A stretch of DNA of 64,000 nt from an uncultured Chloroflexia bacterium (lineage in GTDB: Bacteria > Chloroflexota > Limnocylindria > Limnocylindrales > CSP1-4): positions 120,454 to 184,453 of the forward strand of contig CAWHCW010000018.1 in assembly GCA_963827965.1 (NCBI GenBank), given 5' to 3'. The notes under the pieces were generated by a model. That model had not been told where the DNA came from. It saw nothing but the letters and a program-made list of their open reading frames with translations, and did no database searches. Within the stretch, counting starts at the first letter, position 1. Every line of letters begins with the position of its first letter. This document shows, piece after piece, positions 22,307-33,820 of the stretch. A program made the position numbers and the translations under genes.

Positions 22307-22675
22307 TCACCCGGGCGGTCGGCGGCCGCCTGCCGGTTCCCCGTCGAGCGACCCGACCCAGTCGAGGCAGGCCAGGGCGATCTCCTCCCAGCCGTCCTGG
22401 GCGATCAGCCAATGGGTCCGGCCAGGGAACGAGCGGAAGTCCGTGCGGGCGGGCGACGCCTTGTGGGCGCGGTACTGCCGCCGGATGACGGCGGGCGGCA
22501 TCGCGCGGTCCGCATCCCCGGAGATGAAGAGAAGGGGCGCTCGATCCGGGTTCGCGAAGTTGACCTTGGCCGGGCTGCGGCGATCGAACATGGCGAACCC
22601 GCTCTGGAAGAAGGGTCGGCCCGAGTCGGGAACGATCTGCGCCTCCCAGATGGCCCGCTGCTCGTCGGGCGGCAT
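22307..22675 (-). pseudogene. alpha/beta-hydrolase, C-terminal fragment only
   Basis: The 122-aa ORF has the acid and His regions (LLFISGDADRAMP, FPGRTHWL). There is no upstream nucleophile-elbow half in any frame. The region where it should lie is occupied by a plus-strand membrane ORF. Confidence 0.5.
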
Positions 22676-22716
22676 GGTGTGGACGAAGGCGTAGCGATAC
22701 TCGGCGTACCGGGCTG

Positions 22717-22947
22717 GTGATCGCCGCGCTGATCGTCGCCGGCGGCATGATCGCCGCCCTCGCGGCCTGGATCGGCGCCCTCCTCAACACGGCTCGGCTC
22801 GACGACAAGACCTGGTTCGTCCTGCTGCTCGTGCTCGGGCTGTTCAGCTTCGGCTGGGTCGCGCTGGTCGCCTACGTCATCGCCGGCCGCGACGGCATGG
22901 CTGAGGGCGTGGTGCGTCCCAGCGTCGCAACGGCTGACCGCAGCTGA
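22717..22947 (+). CDS. small two-TM membrane protein, unknown function
   Basis: The 76-aa ORF has two hydrophobic helices (IAALIVAGGMIAALAAWIGALL and WFVLLLVLGLFSFGWVALVAYVIAG). It is followed by a GC hairpin. Confidence 0.35.
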   Translation: MIAALIVAGGMIAALAAWIGALLNTARLDDKTWFVLLLVLGLFSFGWVALVAYVIAGRDGMAEGVVRPSVATADRS

Positions 22948-22982
22948 CGCGCGAGCAGGACCACCACCGCCGCACGCACCAA

Positions 22983-23008
22983 GCCCGGGGCCGGCCCTGA
23001 CCCCGGGC
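22983..23008 (+). terminator. GC-rich hairpin downstream of the small membrane ORF
   Basis: gcccgggg-ccggccctga-ccccgggc forms an 8-bp perfect stem with a 10-nt loop, followed by tcgatcgtttcc (a weak T run). Confidence 0.35.
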
Positions 23009-23199
23009 TCGATCGTTTCCTGCGCCAGCACACCCGCAGAGGAAGCGCGTGCATGCGGCGGCACCGGCGCCGGCCGCGTGACGGCGCCCGACGGCGATCG
23101 CCGGTACCATGGCGCTCCCCAGCAGCCATCGCCCCGCAGGGCGAAGAGACCGGCCGGGGCTCCACCCGGGGCGCCCGGCCCGCAGTGGAGGGTCGCGCA

Positions 23200-24147
23200 A
23201 TGAAGCGACGACTCGGGGCACTCGGTGCCCTGTTCCTGGCGCTGACGGTCGCGGCGGGTGCCGCGCCGGTGGCGGCGCACGACGAGGGTGACAGCGCCGC
23301 GAGGTTCCCCGCCCGGATCGACCTGCCGAACGGGTGGGCACCCGAGGGCATCACGGCCGGGCGCGGCACGACCGTGTTCGTGGGCTCGCTGGTCGACGGC
23401 GCCATCTGGAAGGGCAACGTCCGAACCGGCCAGGGTCGGGTGCTCGTTCCGGGCGTGGCCGGCAACGTCGCCGTGGGCGTCGAGTACGAGGCCCGGGCCA
23501 ACCGGCTCTGGGTCGCCGGCGGCGCGACCGGCGCCGTGCGCGTCTACAACGCCACGTCGGGCACGCTCCTGCAGACCTACACCTTCTCGCCGGCCGGCTT
23601 CCTCAACGACCTGGTCGTCACCCGGGGTGCCGTCTACGTCACCGATTCCGGTATCCAGCAGCTCGACGTGATCCCGCTCGGGCGACACGGCCGCCTCCCC
23701 GACCCGTCGGCGACGAGGACCCTCCCGCTGAGCGGCGACATCTCGTTCGTCGCCGGGGAGTTCAACGCCAACGGCATCGTCGCGTCGGCCGGCTGGCTGA
23801 TCCTCGTCCAGTCGAACGCGGGCAAGCTGTTCCGGGTGAACCCGCGGTCCGGCGTGACGAAGGAGATCGACCTCGGAGGGGCAAGCGTCACCTTCGGGGA
23901 CGGGCTCGAGCTCCGCGGCCACACGCTCTACGTGGTGCGGAACCAGCTGAACCAGGTCGCCATGTTCCGGCTCGGCCCGCGCCTGGCCAGGGCTCGCCTG
24001 AAGGGCACGATCACCTCGCCGGACCTCGCCGTTCCGACGACGATCGCCTTCCAGGCCGGTCGCCTGTGGGCCGTCAACGCGCGCTTCGGCACGCCCGTCA
24101 CGCCGACGACGGAGTACTGGATCACCCGCCTTCCCGCCCGCCCCTGA
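23200..24147 (+). CDS. secreted beta-propeller protein (SMP-30/NHL-like)
   Basis: An in-frame ATG at 23200 gives a 315-aa product. The signal is MKRRLGALGALFLALTVAAGAAPVAA. Repeated blades of about 45 aa follow (LWVAGG, VYVTDS, LYVVRN, LWAVNA). Confidence 0.65.
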   Translation: MKRRLGALGALFLALTVAAGAAPVAAHDEGDSAARFPARIDLPNGWAPEGITAGRGTTVFVGSLVDGAIWKGNVRTGQGRVLVPGVAGNVAVGVEYEARANRLWVAGGATGAVRVYNATSGTLLQTYTFSPAGFLNDLVVTRGAVYVTDSGIQQLDVIPLGRHGRLPDPSATRTLPLSGDISFVAGEFNANGIVASAGWLILVQSNAGKLFRVNPRSGVTKEIDLGGASVTFGDGLELRGHTLYVVRNQLNQVAMFRLGPRLARARLKGTITSPDLAVPTTIAFQAGRLWAVNARFGTPVTPTTEYWITRLPARP

Positions 24148-24173
24148 GGCAGGCCCGGAGGACCTCGGTGACC

Positions 24174-24203
24174 GGCCGCGGGGGCCAGCCGGCTCCCGCG
24201 GCC
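24174..24203 (+). terminator. GC hairpin after the beta-propeller gene
   Basis: ggccgcggg-(12 nt)-cccgcggcc forms a 9-bp perfect stem 27 nt after the stop. The T tract is poor (gcttgct). Confidence 0.35.
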
Positions 24204-24702
24204 GCTTGCTGCGCCTGGGAGCCGACGTTCGGTGACCACCTGGCGGTGGGGGAACTGGCACGAGGGGGCACGCCCGGGATTGGGGCGGCGACCGGACCAC
24301 TCGGCCGTTCGGGGAGGGACGGCCGCCCATGGCCCGGTCGCCGCGGGCACCCCGGAGGGGCCAACACGGAGGCTCCGACATGGAGGGGAATCCCTGCCAG
24401 GGCCGCCGCCCGGGATCGGCGCGGAGCCGATCGATGCCGGGTCCGTACGCGGGACAGGAGGCACGATGTCCCCCCGGTGGTGACGAGAGCCACCGTCCCA
24501 GCCCGCACCCGACAGCCTCAAGGATCCCGGTTACACGCGACTCCGACCATCGGGCCGTCCCACGAAGTTCCCGGAGGCGTGACCCGCGATCGGACGGGAG
24601 CCGCACCTGAGGGCCGGGTCGGGCGCCCAGGTCGCGCGGCTGACACGCTGTCACCAAACGACCCTGGACCCGCGGTCGGACGCGGCCATTGCCGCATCGC
24701 TG

Positions 24703-27196
<2,494 letters not shown>

Positions 27197-27209
27197 CGGA
27201 AATCTCCAG

Positions 27210-27789
27210 TCAGCTCTGGGCGTCGATGGGTGCCGAGGCGGATCCCGTCGATCACGACCGAGACGCCGGTGCCGCGCTGGATCGACCCCGCCCGAGTTCG
27301 GGTAGAGGAGGAAGTAGGTCGCGCCGTCGAGGAGCGTCAGTCTTGTGGGCCATCGGCTTGCGGGTCGCTGAGGACGGCGCCGGTGGTCTCGACGAACAGC
27401 TCCGGCATGGACGCCGAGTCGTGGAGGACGTGGCCCGCCTTGTCCTTGTCGACGACGGTGAAGCGAAGGTCGACCAGACCGCCCGTCGGCGGTCACCGCG
27501 ACGAGGTTGACCCGGATGCCGTACTCCTGCTCCATGTCGGCGGCGGACACGACGCGCGCCGCCGTTGCGTTGCGAGGCCGGCCGTTCGACCTCGCCAGCG
27601 GTGTAGGAGAGGGTCGCCGCCACGATGAGCGGCAGGACCAGTACGGCCGGCGATGGCCGCGATCCACGTGCGTCGGATGGAGAGGCGGCCGCGCCGGCCG
27701 CCCTCCACGTCGGCCGGGGCGTCGTCCCCGGCTTCCGGGACCGCAGCCGCGAGGCTGCGGTCCCGCTCGGTTCGATCGATGCTCGTCAT
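27210..27789 (-). pseudogene. small N-terminally anchored extracytoplasmic protein, unknown function; seven +1 frame breaks
   Basis: The ATG is at 27789 (MTSIDRTERDRS...). A TM helix (IAAIAGVLVLPLIVAA) is followed by GIRVNLVAVTADGGLVDLRFTVVDKDKAGHVLHDSASMPELFVETTGAVL, LTLLDGATYFLLYPNSGG and VSVVIDGIRLG. The frames step 0,2,1,0,2,1,0,2. The length is 580 = 3x191+7. Confidence 0.55.
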
Positions 27790-27836
27790 GGCGTCACGTT
27801 CCATTCCAGCGAAGGCCCGAGATACACATCTGTCGA

Positions 27837-30800
27837 CTACGGAAGGTCGAAGGCGTCGATGTCCAGGTTGGCGGCGGTCAGGCCCTTGGACGTGCCGTCG
27901 AAGTACACGGACCAGGTACCGCCGTTGCGGTAGACGACGTCCTCGTCCTGGACGGTGCCGAAGCCCGTCAGCGTGGTGTCGCCGCTGAACGAGAGGTAGA
28001 AGTGGGTGGCATCGACAAACACGACGCCGTCCACGTTGGCGTTGCCGCCACCCGTGCTCGGGATGCCGATGGTGGACGCGTCGACCACCCGGGTGTACGA
28101 GCTGCCGCCGTTCCATCGGTAGATGTCGGCGTCATCCGCCGTCCCGCCCGCGCCGGGCGGGAGCGTGTTGCTGTCGGTCGAGAAGTAGAGGAATCCACCG
28201 ACGACGCTGATCGCGTCGAGGTCGGTCCCGCCCACGCCGTTGACGCTGCCGTCGAAGAACAGTGACCAGGTGCCGGCGTTGTACAAGACGACGTCCTCGT
28301 CCTGGACGGTCCCGAGGACCGGCAGGGTGACGGCGCCGCTGAACGACATGTAGAAGTGGGTGGCATTGACCCGGTCGAAGCCGTCGACGTTCGCGCCGGC
28401 GGGAACCGGGTTGGCGATGGCCGTGACGTCGATCGACCTGCTGAAGGCCGATCCGCTCCAGAAGTAGATGTCGGCGTCGTCGGCCGTCCCGCCGACGCCC
28501 GGCGGGTTCGTGCTGCCGGCGGTCGAGAAGTAGAGCGGGTGTCACCGTGTAGACCTGGCCGACGAACGGCAGGCCTGTGGTCGGCAGGGCGTTGCCGGCG
28601 ATGTCCCGGATCCCCGTCGCGGAGGTGAGGTTGAGGCCCAGGGTGCCTCCGACCGGAGCCGGTCGTGGCCGTCACGGTCCGGGTGGCGCCGGTGCCCGTG
28701 ACGGAGGTGATCGATCGCCCCGGTCAGACCGCCACCGCTCACGAGGGTGAAGTTGGCGCTCGTCCCGCCGACGACGCTCTCGGAGAACGTGACGGGCAAC
28801 GAGACGCTGGCAGCGGTCGTCGGTGTGGGATCCACGCGGTTGACGCTGATGATCGCCGGGGGCGTCCTCTCGATGACGAGGGTGGTCGAGGCCGTGGTCG
28901 CCCCAGTTGCCCGCGGCGTCCTTGCCGTGGACGTAGATGGTGTGGTTGCCCATGGTGAGCAGGTTGATCGTCGTGAGCGGGATGTCGGCGTAGCCGGTCT
29001 CGGTGACGGCGTTGAAGACGCCGTCGGTGGCGACGAACGGGAAGCCCGTGCCGTCGGCGCCGACGGTGTCGATGAAGCCCTCGCCCGCGGCGATGTTGCT
29101 GCCGCCCGAGGCGGTGTCGTCGAACGGTGGCGCTGACCCGCACCGACGGGTTGCTGCTGCTCTGGCCGAGCTGCCGTTGTTGGGGTTCGGGTTGGCGGTG
29201 ACGCCCGTGGTCGCCGGGCCCGGCCTGTCGATCGTGAGGGTGATCGTGGCGGGGGAGCCCCAGTTGCCCGGCGGCGTCCTGGCTGCGGACGGAGATCGTG
29301 TGCGGCCCGCTGCCGAGCGGCGTTGACGGTGGCCGGGCGATCGTCGCGGTCAGGCTGACCGTTGGCGCGATCTGGTTGAGGGTCATGGCCGTGCCGGTGC
29401 CGTTGGCACGGCCCGCCGTCGATCAAGTACTCGGCGGCCATGACGTTGCTGTTGCCGGTCGCCGCGTCGCTGGCCGGTCGCCGGTGAGGGCGACGGCGAC
29501 GGTGCCGTTCGGCCGGGCTCGGGGTCAGGACGAGCGCGCTCGTCGTCGGGCGCCGGTCCGTGTCGATGGCGTGAAGGTCGATGGAGCGAAGGCGCCCCAG
29601 TTGCCGGTGCGCGTCGTCCTGGCCGCGGACGTAGATCGTGTGCGTGCCGCGTCCACGAGGTGCGTGTCGATCGCGCCGGCGGCGATCGTGACGCGCTTCC
29701 GAGACCTCGTCGTCGAATGCCGAGGTCGACGGCCGTCATCGCGGTCGGCGTCGCCGACGTGGAGTCGATCCGGTACTCGGCCGCGGCGATGTCGACCCGC
29801 CGGTGGCGCTGTCGTCCACCGTGGCCGTGAGCGTGTACGATCCCGGGGGTGGTCTCGGTCAGCGTGACGCCGCTCGTGATCGGTCCGACGGTGTCGCGCC
29901 GGCGGCGGTGCCCGGGCCGCGTCGATGAACGCGAGCATGCCGCCGATGCCGCTGATGCGCTGCTGTTGTTGAGCAGCCATGGCGGCGTCGTAGAGCGGCG
30001 TACTTCGTGGAGGTCGCGGTCGTCGCCGGCATCGTCACGAGGACGTCGGCCGACTGGCCCGGGGCGACGGTCTCGGCGACCATCGTCCGCGGGTACGGCA
30101 GCTCGCTGCCGTCCGCGGCGAGCACCGCCTGGTGCAGGCCCAGGACGCCGATGCGAGTGGTGCTGGATGCCGGCGTTCACGTACCGGAGGAGCAGCGTGT
30201 TCCCGGACGGTCGTCGTGATCGCCGGGGCCGCGCTCGTGTACGCCGCGCCGTTGACGAGGAAGCACTTCGGGGCGAAGGCGCGCAGGTCGAACGTCCACG
30301 GGCGTCGCGCTGGCGTTCAGCGCCGGGTCGATCTCGCTCGAGGACGACGAGCGCCTCGTCGTCGAAGGCGGTGGCCGGGTCGGCGTAGGCCTGGCCGGGC
30401 AGCCCGGCGGGCCGCACGACGAGGGCGCCGTAGAGGCCCATGGCGACCTGGTACTGCGAGCCCGGGATGATCCCGGCCTCGTAGAGGTAGGTCCCGGGGC
30501 CGCTGGCCGTGAACGTGTAGGCGTCGTGCCGCCGCCGGCGGCGACGCCGGTCAGGTCCGGGACCATCGCCTGGCCGCCGAACAGGATCGACGTCGGCTGG
30601 GGAGGTTGTTGGTCAGGTTGACGGTGACCTCGTCGCCCTGGTCGACCACGAGGACCGGGCCGGGCAGCGTCGGGCTGCCGCCCGCCGAGTCGGCGAAGCC
30701 CCACCAGGTCGTGACCGTGCGTGCCGGGCAGCGCGGGGCCGCCCGTCCGGTCTTGGCCCACAGGTTGCAGGTGACCGTGCGTGCCCGCCGTCCGACGCAG

Positions 30801-30926
30801 GCCGGACGAGGTGATCGGCCCGGCGGCCGCGGCGATCCCGGGGACGAGCAGCGCCGCGAGGAGCAGCGCCGGCCCGAGGACCAGGGAGGAGAGGAAGGTT
30901 CGCTTCATCGTACGTTCCAGTCGCAT
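27837..30926 (-). pseudogene. secreted cupredoxin (MCO-like, no copper ligands seen) fused to three Ig-like modules and a tandem-repeat C-terminus; many frame breaks
   Basis: The signal is M(RLERTM)KRTFLSSLVLGPALLLAALLVPGIAAAAG. Cupredoxin blocks are DEVTVNLTNNLPQPTSILFGG, GTYLYEAG and QVAMGLYGALVVRP. Three modules end in ...AGNWG (about 28870-29790). Two repeats of about 115 aa follow (LYFST...GGTADDADIY...VQDEDVV, 27837-28540). Confidence 0.7.
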
Positions 30927-30946
30927 CGTCGTTCCCCTACCTCTCG

Positions 30947-32333
30947 TCACGGACAGCTGTTGGGCAGGGGCGGATCGACCCGCGTGTAGGTGATCGGCCC
31001 GGTCATGTTCACGCCCCAGGACGTGAGCTGGTGGAGCGCGTGGTTGTGGGCGATGATGTAGAACTCGCCGCACTCGTTGAGGGTCTGGACGCCCGGCGGC
31101 ATCGGCTCCTGGCACGCCCAGGTACGGGCTGCCGCTGTAGAACATGCCGATGGTGAGGTTCTGCAGGTCGGGCTCGCTGGCCGGGACCGGGTTGGCGGGC
31201 GAGTAGTCCTCGTTGTCCTTCCAGTCGAACAGCACGTCCCAGGTCTGGCCCGGGCCGATGTTGACGGCGAACTTGTCGAACGACATGTCCTCGCCGCCGC
31301 CGGCCGCGAGCGGCGCGCCGTCGCGCCCGATGACCTTGCCGTTGTTGCCGTGCGGGTGGAACGGGTAGTCCACGGTCCCCACGCTCAGGTAGCGGTCGAC
31401 GGCCGGCAACGGGTTGGTCGGTCGCGTCGTACGGGTGGATCGTCGCGAGGGACCCGTACGGCTGGCTCGGGCAGCCAGCTGGCGAAGTTGTCGGCGATGC
31501 TGTCGGGGAACTGGCGGCCGTTGATCAGCCAGTAGCGCGGGTGGTAGGTGTTCATGTTGAAGGCGGCCGTCCCCTTGAGGACCTTCGCGTTCAGGTACGG
31601 GTCGATCTCCGACAGCAGGAGCATGAACTCGGTGGCCGGGTTGAACTGCGAGTCGGCCCGGTCGTAGACGTAGTCGGCGCCCATCGTCGGCCGCACGATC
31701 AGGGCGCCGAAGAGGCCCATCCGGACCTGGACCTGGGGGCTCGAGTAGAGGCTCGGCGTGCCGCTCGCCACGCTGGCCGCCGCCGCTCTCGTAGAGGTAG
31801 GTGCCGGGCTTCGAGGCGACGAAGCTGTAGGTGACGGTGCCGCCGTTCGGCTGGGCCGGCTTGGCGAGCGAGGTCAGCGTCCCGGTCCCGTCGAAGACGC
31901 GGCTGCGACGGGAGCGCCGTCCGCGAGTGACGTTCTCCTGGCCCGGGAAGATCGATCGACACGGCCGGGGCGCTCTTGGGCGACGTCGTCGTGAACGCGT
32001 TGTGGAGGATCACGGTGACCGTGTCACCCTCGTTGACGCAGAGCACGGGCCCGGGGTGCTGGAAGGGCTTGCTGCCCTCCGAGAAGCCCCACATGTAGGC
32101 GGTGGTGCCGTCGGCCAGGTTGATGTACCCGGCGCGGGTGGTCAGGTTGAAGGTCGGGTTGGTGCCGCCGGCGCCGTCCGTCGTGCAGACGACGCCGCTG
32201 CGTGTTGGAGCCCTCGGTGGCTGCCGCGGTCGGCCGGACGGCGCCGGCGGACAGCAGCACGCCGGCGGCCAGCACCGACGACACCCGCGAGCGCCAGCCC
32301 GGAGCGGGCCCGCGAGTGCGTGAATGGTCTCAT
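30947..32333 (-). pseudogene. secreted multicopper-oxidase-like protein B (His ligands only in the C-terminal domain, Cys replaced by Asn); frame breaks
   Basis: The signal is MRPFTHSRARSGLALAGVVSSVLAAGVLLSAGA. The N-terminal domain reads SIIFPG and GTYLYES where HWHG and WYHSH are expected. The C-terminal domain has YPFHPHG (31347-31361) and AHNHALHQLT (31022-31051). The stop is at 30947. Confidence 0.75.
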
Positions 32334-32359
32334 CGTCGTCACTCCACTCATCGCCGGTC

Positions 32360-33770
32360 TCACGCCGGGTCGTCCGGGTGCTGGTTGGGGTAGGCCTGGG
32401 CCGGCAGGGCGCCGGCCGGGTACACGTGCACCTCCGTCCGCTGGCCGCCGCCGTCCGGCGCCGAGCCGAGGTTGTCGCCGCGGGTGTAGGCGCGGTTGTA
32501 GAGCACGTACACGTCGGGGCCGCTGATCCGCCCGCGCTGAAGGCGGGGCGGTGAAGATGGCGTCGAAGCTCTCGCCGGCGCCGAAGGAGAGGGTGTTGGT
32601 CTCGTAGCTGGTGTCGAAGCCGGTCCCCGCCCGCGCATGTGCGTGGCGTCCCGGCCGACGACCTGCATCTTGATGCCGGTCAGGGTCATCGCCGCCTCGA
32701 TGAAGCCGAGGTTCGCGAAGCGCAGCAGGACCCGCTCGCCGGCGTTGCAGGTGACGAGCGCCGAGTTCGGCTGGTTGCCGAGGTCCGGGTCGGCCCGGCC
32801 GGAGCGACGGCAGGTCCCAGTTCGCGTCCCGGGCCGGGTAACGTTGAAGTTGCGGTCGAGGGACCGGGTCGTCGCCGTGCGGGCGATCGAGCCGTTCGGG
32901 CAGCAGCGTGTCCGGGTAGACCCGGCCGTTGAGGAGGCTGAAGTCCGCCCGGTAGTCGCTCCACTCCGGGCAGCTGGATGTGGGCGTCCGCCCAGTGGGA
33001 GTCGCCCCAGACCTCGCTGAGGAACATCGCGTACTCGCGGTCGAAGCCGGTCGAGCCGTCGCCGTCGTTGTAGGCGTACTTGCCGCTCGGGTAGAGGGCC
33101 GTGTTGCCGTCCTGGGCCGGCCGGACGAACACGAGGCCGGTCATCCCCATCTGCACGTGCTCCGTGTCCTCCACGTGGCAGTGGAACATGTAGGTGCCCG
33201 GGTCGTGCGAGATGTAGACGTAGGTGAACGTCTGGCCCTGCGGGATCGAGATCGACCCCGTCGGCTCGCCGTCGAAGAACGGGATGACGTTCTTGAAGCC
33301 GTGCCAGTGGAGCGGTGTGCTCGTCGAACAGGTCGGGCCGCTGGGCCAGGCCGACGTTGGTCAGCTGGACCCGGAAGTCCTCGCCCTCCTCTCGGCCCAG
33401 AACAGCGGGCGCCGAGTGCTGGGCCTTGTTCTTCAGGTTGAACTGGACGTCGTCGGCCAGGCCGCTCGCGTTCGCGAAGCCGAAGATGTAGGTCGTACGC
33501 GGCCGTCCGGCGCGTAGCGTGTCCGGGTGGGTCCGTCACGCCCGAGCGAGCGAGGAGAAGATCGACGGGGTCGCGCGGCAGGGAGATCCAGCCGTCCGTC
33601 CCGACGAGCTTGAGGTCCGGCGGCCGGTCGACCGCGAGGGCGCGGCCCGGCTGGAGGATCGTTCCCACCAGCCGGGGCCCGAGGCCCGCCGCGGCCGCTG
33701 CGGCCGCGGTGAGCCCTCCGTACTTGAGCAGCTGGCGCCGGCTCAGCAGCAACCTTCCGCGGTTGCTCAT
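32360..33770 (-). pseudogene. Tat-exported multicopper-oxidase-like protein A (HWHG and HCH..H..M in the first cupredoxin domain); frame breaks
   Basis: The ATG at 33770 follows GAGGGGGA. The twin-arginine signal is MSNRGRLLLSRRQLLKYGGLTAAAAAAAG. LHWHG is at 33298-33312 and MFHCHVEDTEHVQMGM at 33142-33189. The downstream domain shows MTLTG in place of an HxHxHG motif. Confidence 0.75.
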
Positions 33771-33820
33771 CTCGTTGTCCCCCTCGACGACGGTGGAGCG
33801 GGTGGCGCGCGCGCGCCGGT

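Noticed and set aside
22405-24657. A 750-aa minus-strand ORF spans the tRNA flank and the beta-propeller gene.
   Set aside because: It has no motifs and a shadow-frame composition. The plus strand encodes a signal peptide and a repeated-blade protein over the same bases.
31040-31048. The H-N-H tripeptide in cupredoxin protein B could mark an HNH nuclease.
   Set aside because: It sits at the HCH ligand position of a multicopper-oxidase C-terminal motif. The surrounding sequence (FHPHG upstream, cupredoxin blocks) is not nuclease-like.
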